The notes below the pieces were generated by a model. That model was not told where the DNA came from, did not search any database, and saw nothing but the letters and a program-made list of their open reading frames with translations. The translations under genes and the position numbers were made by a program. Below are positions 30,060 through 39,547 of a stretch of 64,000 nucleotides of DNA, in pieces (the first letter of the stretch is position 1; every line of letters begins with the position of its first letter). Source of the stretch: Candidatus Kapaibacterium sp. (GTDB lineage: Bacteria; Bacteroidota; Ignavibacteria; Kapaibacteriales; UBA4661); contig JALONG010000017.1 in the NCBI GenBank assembly GCA_025455065.1, forward strand, positions 4,294-68,293, read 5' to 3'.

Positions 30060-30250
30060 GAGCATTGTAGGCAGGTCTTCCGGCTTAGGAGTCGTCCTTC
30101 GTGTTTGCCTTCCCACAAGTATTTGTGCTGCTTGCAGTGGCATTGGGGTAAAACACGTTGTCGTCCCTTACGGCGGCGCAACCGCGTAGGAATGGAAAAA
30201 TGTAAACAACACTTTTCGCACCTAACTTCCCTATTCTCGCTTTTACGCAT
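30060..30250 (-). promoter_or_regulatory. cobalamin (B12) riboswitch aptamer
   Basis: The minus strand reads AATAGGGAAGTTAGGTGCGAAA ... GCGCCGCCGTAAGGGA ... TGCCACTGC ... GTGGGAAGGC ... B12 box AGCCGGAAGACCTGCC (30085-30070). Every conserved block of the RF00174-type consensus is present in the right order; compare E. coli btuB AATAGGGAATCCAGTGCGAA...GCGGTAAGG...CACTGCC...GGGAAG...AAGCCCGAAGACCTGCC. Confidence 0.85.
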
Positions 30251-30365
30251 CCTTTCAAACAGGCGTTTGAACGCTTGATGCAAAAGCGCACCGTACAATG
30301 TTCAAAGAACAGACTGCCAAGTTACAACGAATTTTCGGTTTGGCGCAAATCTTTTCTTGCACTTT

Positions 30366-30953
30366 CTAGCGATTGACAAACAGAACTGAGGAATACTGCG
30401 GGTCGTAGCGGATTGCTGCAATAGAGCCGTAATCAATTTCCAACGAAAACGCCTTAGCAAGCGGCATTTCAAGCGTGTTGGCAAGCAGCGCCCGCACTAC
30501 GCCTGCGTGTGCGACAATGCACAAATGTTCAACTCCCTCTGGCACAGCAGCAACCGCATCATGGAACGCCTCCACAGAGCGCCGCACAAGGTCTTCAAAT
30601 GTTTCCCCATTCGGAGGTGCAACCCGCACAAAATCTCGCATCCATGCGTTCATCACAAACTCATCAATCTCGCCCCATGCTTGCATTTCCCAAGCGCCGA
30701 AGTTCATTTCTTTGAACCGTGTATCGGTCTCAACATCTTCTTTGTCGCAAAGCACTTGTGCCAATCGCAAAGAACGCTGAAGGGGGCTGGAAATCACGCG
30801 GAATTGTGCATTGCCAATCATCGAAAAAAGATTCGTGCGCGTTTTTGCAGATTCTTCAGGAAACGAGGCTGCAAGCGGCACATCGGACTGCCCGTAACAA
30901 ATTCCCTTTGCCACATCGGGCTTGGTATGGCGAATGAGATACACCGTGAGCAT
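30366..30953 (-). CDS. cobC: alpha-ribazole phosphatase-like histidine phosphatase
   Basis: LIRHTKP...GICYGQSDVPL N-terminus is typical of the alpha-ribazole phosphatase subfamily, and a His-phosphatase C-terminal VAHAGV block is present. It sits next to a B12 riboswitch. Confidence 0.6.
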   Translation of the reverse strand: MLTVYLIRHTKPDVAKGICYGQSDVPLAASFPEESAKTRTNLFSMIGNAQFRVISSPLQRSLRLAQVLCDKEDVETDTRFKEMNFGAWEMQAWGEIDEFVMNAWMRDFVRVAPPNGETFEDLVRRSVEAFHDAVAAVPEGVEHLCIVAHAGVVRALLANTLEMPLAKAFSLEIDYGSIAAIRYDPQYSSVLFVNR

Positions 30954-30955
30954 AC

Positions 30956-31231
30956 TTACTTCTTTCCTCGCTTTTGTGGAGTACCGGAAGAAGCATCATA
31001 AAAACTGAGTTCATTGCTACTACGAACCCGCTCCAATGCTGCTTCGATAATGCGTTCTACCGTTTTATCATCCGGCTCTTCATTCTTGACTTTTTCCGCA
31101 TGAAGGCTCTTCAAAAGGGCTTGCACCCAATCAAAATCCAGCCCGTGCTTACGGGCAAGCATCTCCACAAGAGCCATATCGTCTTTGCGGATGCCGTATT
31201 GAATAAACGTGTTGTCGAGAGCTTTGCGCAT
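30956..31231 (-). CDS. small acidic hypothetical protein (91 aa)
   Basis: ORF ending 2 nt before the cobC start. No motif recognised with confidence. Confidence 0.4.
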   Translation of the reverse strand: MRKALDNTFIQYGIRKDDMALVEMLARKHGLDFDWVQALLKSLHAEKVKNEEPDDKTVERIIEAALERVRSSNELSFYDASSGTPQKRGKK

Positions 31232-31289
31232 GGGTGGTTTTTGGTTTTTGGTTTTTGGTTATCGTGAGAAGGTAGTAAACCGCCCCGTC

Positions 31290-33722
31290 CTACGGCTTCT
31301 TAGCCGTAGAACGGGTTTGGACGACGCGCTGTACTCCGCCTTGACCATTGATAAAAACAGGAATTGCAGCAAAATCATTTTCCCCCAAGCCTTGCTTTAA
31401 TCGCTTTTGCACGTAATCAAGGCAATACTCCGCGCAATATTCAAAAGGAACAGTTGCCATTGAACCTTTGACAGCAACGGACATTCCGGTACTATAATCC
31501 TTTTCAAATTCCTTCGTTTTGAAATGGCGTAAATCCTCAAACGTCAAACGACAATAGTTCGATAACGATTCCGGCTGCGCACGTTCCGTTGTGTAAGAAA
31601 GTGTACCCACAATAGTGATATTTCCTTGCTTCAAGCCCTTTTTTGCAACGAGAATATACACGCTTTTAATGCGCCTGAGCGATTGCAAGGCAAGGTAATA
31701 GCTCTTCACCGCTTCGCAATCCGTCGGCGACGATGTTTCATCAATCACGTGCTGCGGAATTGGCTCTTTTGCTGCAATGAGTCGCTTAATTTCAGCAGCA
31801 TTACTACACTCTTTTTCGGCAATATCCAGAACAGGAGTACGAGGGATTCCGGGAGTACAGACTTCGCTAAAACGACGCACCAAGAGTGAATCGGCGGCAA
31901 TCATCAAAACCTCATCCCCGCTTGTTTCCAAATTCACTTCTTTTGTAATAACGACACTTTGACGTTTGCGTATGGGATTGCTTACAGTCTTGACGAAAAG
32001 CCGCGTTGGGGTGTTTTCCAGCGACCGCTCTGCCTCCTCAAGCACAAACGCCAACATCGTTTCATGGTCTGTATATTCGATACTTCCACGCACGGGAATT
32101 TTTGCTCCTGTGGAATCATCCTGCAAAAAAACCTTTGTCGGTATTGTGCGTAATTCTTCGGGAGACAAGACCAGAACAGGCTCTGCGAGCAGCGCCTGAA
32201 CCCAATCGGGATTCACCAAATCTTGACGCGAAGGAGCTGTGGTGGCGATTATGCCTTTGAATTTGGGATTACCTTTACTTGAACTACCGAAAAGAGCGTA
32301 AATTCTGCGCAACGTAGGATTTTGGTATTCCTCAGAAAGTCGTCGTGACAGCGAGGAATTTCCTACAAGCACGATAAAATCTTGCTTTGGAAGGTTTGGT
32401 ACTTTTTGAGGAGGAATTTCTTCTGCCGAATTGAAACGCTGAGAATCTAAGGACAATTCTGCGTAGGCGACCACCGAATCTGTGCGCAAAGCCTGACCAT
32501 TACTTGTGATGGTAACATTCAAGGGTATTTCCAAGCGTTGATGATTTTCTGCGCTTACCTTCCCGTTCAAGGGATTTTTCACCGAAGCCGCAACACGAAG
32601 GACAACATTCCCTTGCAAGGTATAAATCTCCGGTTTTTTGGGAATTGGTATGTCCGAAATCTCAATGTGAAAACGAGCATTTACGCCGCGTGTACGAAAT
32701 TCTGTCAGCCGTACTGTGGCATCACTGACGTTCCAATGCAGTTTCGCTGAAGGTTCTTTCACAGGCTTGAGATTGAGCGTTGAAGAGGAAACATCAAGGC
32801 TTGACGACACCCAGCGTACAGACGTGCTGTCTGCAAAAACAGCAACATCTTCACGCCCCGGAAGCGCGGAAATGCTGACATTGGTAACATCTGCCCGAAG
32901 CCCCTCAACCTCAGCATTGATGAGCATTCTGGCTTTTTCTTTCACGAAGGTATGCTGAATGTTTGCAACACGAATGTAGCGAGAATCAATAACGGGAGGT
33001 ATTTGTTCAATCTGTTGAGAATAAGAATGGAGCATCAATTTTTCACCTGTTTCAGGATAGCGCCAATAAGCTGCAAGTTCAACCCTTGTCGCGGAGGCAG
33101 GTAATACGGGGCTTATCTGCTCTTGTGTGTGCTTGTACCAACGCGGTTCGGCAGAGTCAAGCCTGAAACTAAATTGAACGTTGTTCCACAGTTTTTTGAC
33201 ATCCTTGTTACCCGAAAACATCCTTTCACTCAGCGCATAGTTATTGATGTTCAATGCCCTTCCGTAAAACGCTTTTTTGCCGAGATTTTGCACAATGCCG
33301 GAAGCAGATACCGTTAGCACAGTAGAATCAATAACCTTTTGCTGAGGGTTGGGAAAATATGTGTAGAGAATACGATATTTGCCAATATCAAGTTTTCCCT
33401 CAATGACCAGCAAATATGTTTCCCTGAGTTGAGAAGCATCCTGCAATAACGCCGACGAATCGCGCACAATGCGCCAATGTACAGGATAGCGAGAACCGTA
33501 AGAAACTACACCTTTGTAAACCGTAGCACGGATTTGTGTGATTGGCGTAATGCTTATGTACGGGTTTTCCCGTTCAATAAATTGCCCTTTAGGAAGCGAA
33601 AATCGGAGTAGAATTTTCGAGAGACCATAGCTTACAGTTTCTTCAGATTGGACTTGAAACTGAGCAAATACAAGGTTTGTGCTTCCAAGCAATAACGGCA
33701 ACAGGAGAAAGAATATTCGCAT
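31290..33722 (-). CDS. large secreted hypothetical protein (about 810 aa)
   Basis: Uninterrupted 2.4-kb ORF. The ATG at 33722 gives the signal peptide MRIFFLLLPLLLGSTNLVFAQ. No domain recognised. Confidence 0.6.
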   Translation of the reverse strand: MRIFFLLLPLLLGSTNLVFAQFQVQSEETVSYGLSKILLRFSLPKGQFIERENPYISITPITQIRATVYKGVVSYGSRYPVHWRIVRDSSALLQDASQLRETYLLVIEGKLDIGKYRILYTYFPNPQQKVIDSTVLTVSASGIVQNLGKKAFYGRALNINNYALSERMFSGNKDVKKLWNNVQFSFRLDSAEPRWYKHTQEQISPVLPASATRVELAAYWRYPETGEKLMLHSYSQQIEQIPPVIDSRYIRVANIQHTFVKEKARMLINAEVEGLRADVTNVSISALPGREDVAVFADSTSVRWVSSSLDVSSSTLNLKPVKEPSAKLHWNVSDATVRLTEFRTRGVNARFHIEISDIPIPKKPEIYTLQGNVVLRVAASVKNPLNGKVSAENHQRLEIPLNVTITSNGQALRTDSVVAYAELSLDSQRFNSAEEIPPQKVPNLPKQDFIVLVGNSSLSRRLSEEYQNPTLRRIYALFGSSSKGNPKFKGIIATTAPSRQDLVNPDWVQALLAEPVLVLSPEELRTIPTKVFLQDDSTGAKIPVRGSIEYTDHETMLAFVLEEAERSLENTPTRLFVKTVSNPIRKRQSVVITKEVNLETSGDEVLMIAADSLLVRRFSEVCTPGIPRTPVLDIAEKECSNAAEIKRLIAAKEPIPQHVIDETSSPTDCEAVKSYYLALQSLRRIKSVYILVAKKGLKQGNITIVGTLSYTTERAQPESLSNYCRLTFEDLRHFKTKEFEKDYSTGMSVAVKGSMATVPFEYCAEYCLDYVQKRLKQGLGENDFAAIPVFINGQGGVQRVVQTRSTAKKP

Positions 33723-33761
33723 AACCACAGGGAAAAAGTTCAATCACAGGGAAAGAGTGTA

Positions 33762-33798
33762 CAAAAAAGCCGCACCAAAGTATGATTTGATGCGGCTT
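33762..33798 (-). terminator. intrinsic terminator after the DUF2911 gene
   Basis: Minus strand: AGCCGCA-loop-TGCGGCT followed by TTTTTTGT. Confidence 0.65.
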
Positions 33799-33850
33799 CT
33801 GCAAATATACATGAATTTTCGGATTCACCGAAACGAATTGCTTTGATGAT

Positions 33851-34723
33851 TTACTTCATGCTTTTCCATGTTGCCAAAAGTTTTTCGTTGTCGGCAAGGT
33901 CAAAAGGCGCATTTTTCATTGCTTTGCCCATTGTTACGCCTTTTTCGAGAAATTTCACGGCATCTGCTTTTTTGCCTGATTTTTCCAGCAAACGCGCTTT
34001 GATGACGTGATTGCGGTAGGTTTCTTGAACAGCAATCGAAGCATCAATCATTTTCATTGCTTCATCAAGGTTTGTTCCCGTTTGGAGGGCATAATTGGCA
34101 AAACCGATATTTGCACCAAGACCGTTTGCAACAGCTGTGCGAGCCTTACCAAAAGCGAGGTCTGCGGTATTAACGGTCATTTTGATGGGCAAACGCAAGC
34201 GCTCCCAATACAACACCAAATTTGCTGCTGTATCGGAAAGGTCTTCAAAGGAGAATTCAAGCCATTCGCGGGAAACAGGCATCATTTGTGCTTTGACTTT
34301 AGCGCGAAAAACGTCTTCTTCTTGCTTGTAGCCCGCAGTACCGCCTAAATTCGGGTTTTTGTTGATAACCAGCGTCCACTCGCCTGTTTGTGCGGGAACG
34401 GTGAAAAGGCTGTATTTTCCGGCAGGAAGTTTTTGTCCTTCAATCATGACTTCATCCGAAACTTCCAGCACCGTAGCGGCATTTGCGCCTGTGCGCCAAA
34501 GTTCGTTAAAGGGTACAAGTTTGCCCCAAACTTCGCGCCCTTTCACGCCCGGGCGGCTGTAGGTAACGGTTACATCAGTTATGCCGAGGGTTTGCTTCAC
34601 CACTGCCCCTGAACTTGGCGAAGGAAAGCGTACTTGCTGTGCAAAGGTGGTGCTTGCTACGAAAGCGAGCAACGCGACAAGGCTCAGTGCGCCTTGTGCG
34701 AATCGAAATGTGCGTGGTGTCAT
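33851..34723 (-). CDS. DUF2911 domain-containing secreted protein with helical C-terminal extension
   Basis: VTVTYSRPGVKGREVWGKLVPFNELWRTGANAATVLE...GKYSLFTVP is the DUF2911 signature. A signal peptide follows the ATG at 34723. Confidence 0.7.
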   Translation of the reverse strand: MTPRTFRFAQGALSLVALLAFVASTTFAQQVRFPSPSSGAVVKQTLGITDVTVTYSRPGVKGREVWGKLVPFNELWRTGANAATVLEVSDEVMIEGQKLPAGKYSLFTVPAQTGEWTLVINKNPNLGGTAGYKQEEDVFRAKVKAQMMPVSREWLEFSFEDLSDTAANLVLYWERLRLPIKMTVNTADLAFGKARTAVANGLGANIGFANYALQTGTNLDEAMKMIDASIAVQETYRNHVIKARLLEKSGKKADAVKFLEKGVTMGKAMKNAPFDLADNEKLLATWKSMK

Positions 34724-34828
34724 TTGTCCACAACTCCAATAAAATGAGAAAGTGAGACCTTTTGAGGTCAAAAGTTACGTTTCAAACTTACGAAAATTTG
34801 CTCGGAAACATCGTACACTTTTTCTTAC

Positions 34829-35938
34829 TCACGTGCTTATCGGTGCTTCATTTCTCACAAAATCTTGCCTTTCCATGCGCAGCACAAAACACTCTTCATC
34901 ATTAAACACCCGCTTTTCCACAAAGCGGAACCCGATTCGCTCATAAAATCGGTGTGCTTTGGTGTTACTTGCCAAAGGGTCAATGATGACGGCGGTAATA
35001 TTCGGCGGAGCGAAACACCGCTCTAATGCAAGCCGCATCATGACTGTTCCGTAACCTTTGCCCAAATCCGATTCTTCCCCAATCCAAATATCAATCGCTC
35101 GAAGATTCGGTGCGCATTCGCCCCAATAGTGGGTTTCTTCCAAAAGCGGGTCAATGATTTGCACCATTCCAATCGGGCGACCATCCGCTTCGGCAATAAG
35201 CTGCTCGCGCCATTCAGGTTCGTTTGCCAATTCTGTTTCCCAATGCCAATCATCATCAGGGTCGGAATCCATGACGTGCGGCTTTGTGTCCCAATACCGC
35301 AGTAATGGTGCATCGGCGGGAGTGGCAGTGCGCAGGCGAATGTGCGGGAAGCGATTGATTCCGTACAAACACAATTCTTCTCCTGTTTCCGGCTCCGTAA
35401 TTCTGCTATCAAACATTAGCCCCAAACGCTCTAAAAGCTTGATAGATGCTTGGTTTTGAGGAAGAACGACAGCATGAATTGTCGGCAGACGAAGTTCTTC
35501 AAACGCCCAGCGCAAGACCGCTTCAGCACTTTCTTTTGCGTACCCCTTGCTTTCATACTCCGGCAACAGCGCGAAACCAATATCGGGATGGTCAAGATAA
35601 TCCCGTTTGAGCAAACCACAAATACCAATCGGCTGCCACAAAGCCTCATCATTACTTGATTTCAACAACACTTTGCACAAGCCAAAACCATGCTCGGCAT
35701 AACTTTTGAGCGGTCCGATTTGCAAGTACCGTTCAGCATCTTCGCGGGTATGAACGTTCCGGTCGGCAATGTATTTTCGGTAGCCTTCGGTGTTCAGCAA
35801 ACTGATGATAAATGGCGTGTCGTCCAGCGTGAGAGGGCTTATTCTCAGGCGCTCTGTCTCAATTATTGGGGGAGGTTGCATTTTGCCGAAAGTATTTGTG
35901 AAAGGAGAAATTATTCCCTTTCGGATGAAAGTGTCCAT
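34829..35938 (-). CDS. tandem double-GNAT N-acetyltransferase (RimJ/L-like + Acetyltransf_8-like)
   Basis: The first half has TERLRISPLTLDD...SKGYAKE. The second half has RLRTATPADAPLL...SDLGKGYGTVMM. The alternative ATG at 35881 (MQPPPIIETERL) may be the real start. Confidence 0.7.
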   Translation of the reverse strand: MDTFIRKGIISPFTNTFGKMQPPPIIETERLRISPLTLDDTPFIISLLNTEGYRKYIADRNVHTREDAERYLQIGPLKSYAEHGFGLCKVLLKSSNDEALWQPIGICGLLKRDYLDHPDIGFALLPEYESKGYAKESAEAVLRWAFEELRLPTIHAVVLPQNQASIKLLERLGLMFDSRITEPETGEELCLYGINRFPHIRLRTATPADAPLLRYWDTKPHVMDSDPDDDWHWETELANEPEWREQLIAEADGRPIGMVQIIDPLLEETHYWGECAPNLRAIDIWIGEESDLGKGYGTVMMRLALERCFAPPNITAVIIDPLASNTKAHRFYERIGFRFVEKRVFNDEECFVLRMERQDFVRNEAPIST

Positions 35939-35984
35939 CGTTGTAAAGATAAAGCGTCCTTTGTCTCTCCTGTTACTCGTTATT

Positions 35985-36431
35985 TCAAGCCTCCGCAGCT
36001 TTTTTTAGGTCAGAAGCAAATTGCTCAAACGATGCGTCAAACGGCGGAATCATGCGAGCGAAAAGGGGAAAAAGCGGACCGCCGATTTTTTCCGTCATCG
36101 AAAACACAACGCCTGACGCGCTTGTTTCCAAGGTAAATACACGTTTGCCCATAGCATCGCCCCACACCAAACGTTTGTTCGCTTCCATTTCTTTTACGGT
36201 CAGTTTGAATGTACGCTTGGGGTCGAGCGTGGAAACAAGCCGTATTTGCTGACCTTGAGCAATCGTGCCTTCCAGTGAAACAATCGTAGAATTCCAGCGC
36301 GGGTAATCTGCGGCATTTGTCAGTAAAGCCCAAACAACCGTTGTTGCCGCATCAATACTGATGCTGACGGAGGTTTCACGGCTGAATGTTGCTTTTGTCG
36401 TTACGGCTTTGCCGTTGGGGTTGAGTGCCAT
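35985..36431 (-). CDS. SRPBCC domain-containing protein
   Basis: 148 aa with VVWALLTNAADYPRWNS and a C-terminal helix typical of SRPBCC/AHSA1-like proteins. Confidence 0.6.
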   Translation of the reverse strand: MALNPNGKAVTTKATFSRETSVSISIDAATTVVWALLTNAADYPRWNSTIVSLEGTIAQGQQIRLVSTLDPKRTFKLTVKEMEANKRLVWGDAMGKRVFTLETSASGVVFSMTEKIGGPLFPLFARMIPPFDASFEQFASDLKKAAEA

Positions 36432-36493
36432 AGTGGTTGTGAGGAAAAAGTAAAAAGATGTTTTCTAAAATACAAAAAACTCCAAAGTATTGC

Positions 36494-37996
36494 TCACTCT
36501 TTCTTGTGCTGAAGGTACTCCGTCACAAAGCTGATTTTATCCTTCACAGCCGCATCAATCCTCACGTCAGGAGCAATGCCCACGCCGTTATAGCCGTTTT
36601 TCGGAATGCTTTCGTGCAACGTGTACATCGGATAACCCAGCATAATACCTTGTTCTGCGCAGCGTAGGGGAATCATATTGACATTATTGTAATCAACAAC
36701 GCCGCCTGTATTTTCGCCCATGATAAGCACTTTTGAACTTACGGCTTTGGAATGTAGAATAAATGTCTCAGCAGCACTTTTGTTACCCCTGTCCGTCAAA
36801 ATTACAACTTTTTTCAGCATCGTCGGAATCGGATTGCGCGTAAGAGCGAGGAACGCCGGACCTTGTACTAATGCGCTCTTTCGGTCATTAGCACTTTTCA
36901 TTGCCTGCACGACGGGCGAATATGGGTCGGTACCCAAAAAGGTTGTAAACTTGGAAAAGTATGCGATATTATCCGCCGAAGCAAGCGCCCATCCACGCGG
37001 TGCAGGAGCGGGTTTTTCGTAATATGCGCTGAGAAGGTCGTAATAAATTCCGTTGCCGCCCGTATTGCCTCTAATGTCAATAATGAGGTAGGAAGCCGTT
37101 TTCAGGGCTTCGATATTCTTTTGCAAAACATTATCCAGCCGAGATTTCTCGATGAGAAACGAAGGAATTGTGAGCAGCATCGTTTCAGCATTGATGCGGC
37201 TTACCGTTGGTTCATCGGGCGGAGTGAGCGGTGTTTTGTTGATAAAATCATCGTCACTGCGCCGCGTCCACGTGATTCCGCCCCAAATGGATAACAACGC
37301 ACCGTCCTTGTATGCCGAAACGCCCATGTAACGCGGTGTGTAGTCGTTTCGCCAATATGTTCCTTCCCAAAGGTTTTCTTTTCCTTGAGAAGCGCTAACA
37401 GCAAATTTGACTTCGCCGATTTTGGTTTTGTCGGGTGCATCCACAATGACGGCAACAAACTCGTACAGCCTAGCTTTTGTGCGTTCTTGAAGAGAAATTG
37501 TGCCGCTGTGGGGAACAATTTTATACGTTGCAGTGCCGTCTGTCCAATACCCTTCTAAACGAGAATTGGTGCTATGCGCAAGCGATTCTGCCGAGAGTTT
37601 TTTTGCATTTCGCTCTGCATTGAATGCGGCTAATTCTTGCGGTGAGTATTTTGGATATTCTACGACGAATAGATGTTCATCGCCAAATACGCGGAGAAAA
37701 TGCTGCAAAAGTTGTGTGCAATCGTGCAACGGCGTTTTTTGCGCACGAGCCGAAAAATCTCGCTTCCTCGCTGTGTATGCCGCTTCAATGCTGTCTTTGG
37801 TCAAAAAGTAACCGACGTAATTTTCCTCAATTTTCGCTGTCATTACGGAAAACTCTCGTTCACAAGCGCAGGTAGAATCTTGTTTTGGGGCTTGAGAAAA
37901 AAGTGTTGAAATTGAAAACCCAAGTACGGCGATTAGCGCGGCAATATTTCTGGAAGCAAGTATTTGTAAGGCTTTGGGGCTTTGTGTTGATTTCAT
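36494..37996 (-). CDS. S41 family (tail-specific-like) peptidase, secreted
   Basis: IIDIRGNTGGNG and catalytic-serine block TDRGNKSAAETF. Signal peptide present. Confidence 0.75.
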   Translation of the reverse strand: MKSTQSPKALQILASRNIAALIAVLGFSISTLFSQAPKQDSTCACEREFSVMTAKIEENYVGYFLTKDSIEAAYTARKRDFSARAQKTPLHDCTQLLQHFLRVFGDEHLFVVEYPKYSPQELAAFNAERNAKKLSAESLAHSTNSRLEGYWTDGTATYKIVPHSGTISLQERTKARLYEFVAVIVDAPDKTKIGEVKFAVSASQGKENLWEGTYWRNDYTPRYMGVSAYKDGALLSIWGGITWTRRSDDDFINKTPLTPPDEPTVSRINAETMLLTIPSFLIEKSRLDNVLQKNIEALKTASYLIIDIRGNTGGNGIYYDLLSAYYEKPAPAPRGWALASADNIAYFSKFTTFLGTDPYSPVVQAMKSANDRKSALVQGPAFLALTRNPIPTMLKKVVILTDRGNKSAAETFILHSKAVSSKVLIMGENTGGVVDYNNVNMIPLRCAEQGIMLGYPMYTLHESIPKNGYNGVGIAPDVRIDAAVKDKISFVTEYLQHKKE

Positions 37997-38038
37997 GTTC
38001 GCTTATGAAGAAGTTTGTGAAATGGTGTGAGAAAAATG

Positions 38039-39388
38039 TTATTGCGCAAGCGTCATCGTCATCGTCTCAAAATCAAGCGTGAGGCTGTAGGGGCGAAAAA
38101 CGCTATGCGAAACCAAACCGCCGATGCGGTATCCTTGGCTATATTCCAACGCCGCCGGAAAGGGTCCCGCCAAGCCCAGCACGTTTTTTGCGCTGATTCG
38201 CTTTACAGGATTTCCGCCTAAATGCAGCGCAGGAATCATAAACGGTGTCATGCTCACAGCGCCCGCACCGCCTGTTCCCGTGAGGGTTTGACCGCCAAGC
38301 GGCTTCAAATTTGCTTCTTTCCATGTTGATTCGGGATACGTAAAGCCTGCTCCGGCAAGCCCCGTATCAACAAAAAACAGCATTCCCGCGCTCTCTTTTT
38401 CAGCGTTTTGCAAACTTCCTTGTACAACAATAAAATGGTCGCCTGACATCCAAAACGGCATGGAAACAGCGTTTGGAGGGGTTTGAGGCTTCTGCGTTCC
38501 ACGTTTGCGCAAAACAATTTGCCCTTTGAGATAATCAATCGTAGTCAAAAAATGATACAGGAAAACCGTCCCCAGAACACCGCTTACAACCTTGCCTCCG
38601 GTAACAACGGAGAATTTTTTTGTGTTAAGAATGTTGATAGGAACGTTCTGCACAGTAATCCCGCCAAGCCCCACAGAATCTACTCTCCCATAACGCACGG
38701 GTGTTTTTTTGCCTCCGGCAAACGTGCCGCTTTCTTCGCCAAATTCCGTCGCGCCGATTTTCGCTGCGAAATCAGGGTCAAGGATGAGTGCGCTTCCGCC
38801 TGTGTCGAGGATGAAGAGGGCTTCGGCGCTACCGTTTACACTCATACTCACAACGGGTAGCGGGTCTGTTTGAACAAATTTGATGACCACTTCTGCATCA
38901 GTATTGATGCCGCTTGTAATCTTGTATGGCTGGTGAAGTATGGTTTTACCGGAAGAAGTATTGCCTTGTGAAAAACTCTCCAACATTTCTGCAAACGCCT
39001 TGCGCCCCACAGAACGCAGATACAGTGCGGCTTGCGCAAACTTATCCTGTCGATAATACGTTTCGGCAAGCATACCTGCGAGTGCCGTGTCATTGGGCAA
39101 CGTGGAATGTGCTGCAAGCAAGTATTGACGGGCTTCTTCAGGTTTATTCTCAAACAACAACAATGTGCCGAAGAGTTTTTTACCGTCGGCATTAGCTGAA
39201 TCACGCTTCAATGCTTCTGCGCAGCGCAGTTTTGCTGCGGCAAACTGTCCCTGCCGAAAAGACTTCCGTGCCTCAGAAACAGCATCGTTACTTGTTTGCA
39301 AAGTGCTTGGTTGTATGGTGCTTGGTTGTATATATTTTTGCCACTGAAACACAAGAGCAGTCAAAAAAATAAGTGGAAAGAGTGTCAT
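38039..39388 (-). CDS. secreted TPR + double retropepsin-like aspartic protease
   Basis: Two D-T-G active-site loops (FILDTGGSA and FFVDTGLAG) follow a TPR-like helical region. The ATG at 39388 gives an N-terminal hydrophobic segment. Confidence 0.65.
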   Translation of the reverse strand: MTLFPLIFLTALVFQWQKYIQPSTIQPSTLQTSNDAVSEARKSFRQGQFAAAKLRCAEALKRDSANADGKKLFGTLLLFENKPEEARQYLLAAHSTLPNDTALAGMLAETYYRQDKFAQAALYLRSVGRKAFAEMLESFSQGNTSSGKTILHQPYKITSGINTDAEVVIKFVQTDPLPVVSMSVNGSAEALFILDTGGSALILDPDFAAKIGATEFGEESGTFAGGKKTPVRYGRVDSVGLGGITVQNVPINILNTKKFSVVTGGKVVSGVLGTVFLYHFLTTIDYLKGQIVLRKRGTQKPQTPPNAVSMPFWMSGDHFIVVQGSLQNAEKESAGMLFFVDTGLAGAGFTYPESTWKEANLKPLGGQTLTGTGGAGAVSMTPFMIPALHLGGNPVKRISAKNVLGLAGPFPAALEYSQGYRIGGLVSHSVFRPYSLTLDFETMTMTLAQ

Positions 39389-39547
39389 GATGAACCTCCG
39401 AAAAAGGGAAAAAACATGGTAAAATGCAATACGCAATAGTGTCCCTAACGGCTTCACACCTACTCTCCGGGTGCAGGTAGAAGTCATTGAGAAATTATTG
39501 TAGAAAAGGGTTTGAAAAGGGTTTGAAACGGATGAGAAGCGGAAAAT

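Noticed and set aside
30038-30298. 86-aa and 68-aa minus-strand ORFs in the cobC-to-lipoprotein spacer.
   Set aside because: They coincide exactly with the cobalamin riboswitch aptamer. They are Cys/Arg-rich nonsense translations of a structured RNA.
39503-39530. 11-bp tandem repeat GAAAAGGGTTT x2.5 between the response-regulator stop and the aspartic protease start.
   Set aside because: It is too short and isolated to interpret. No similar array occurs elsewhere in the window.
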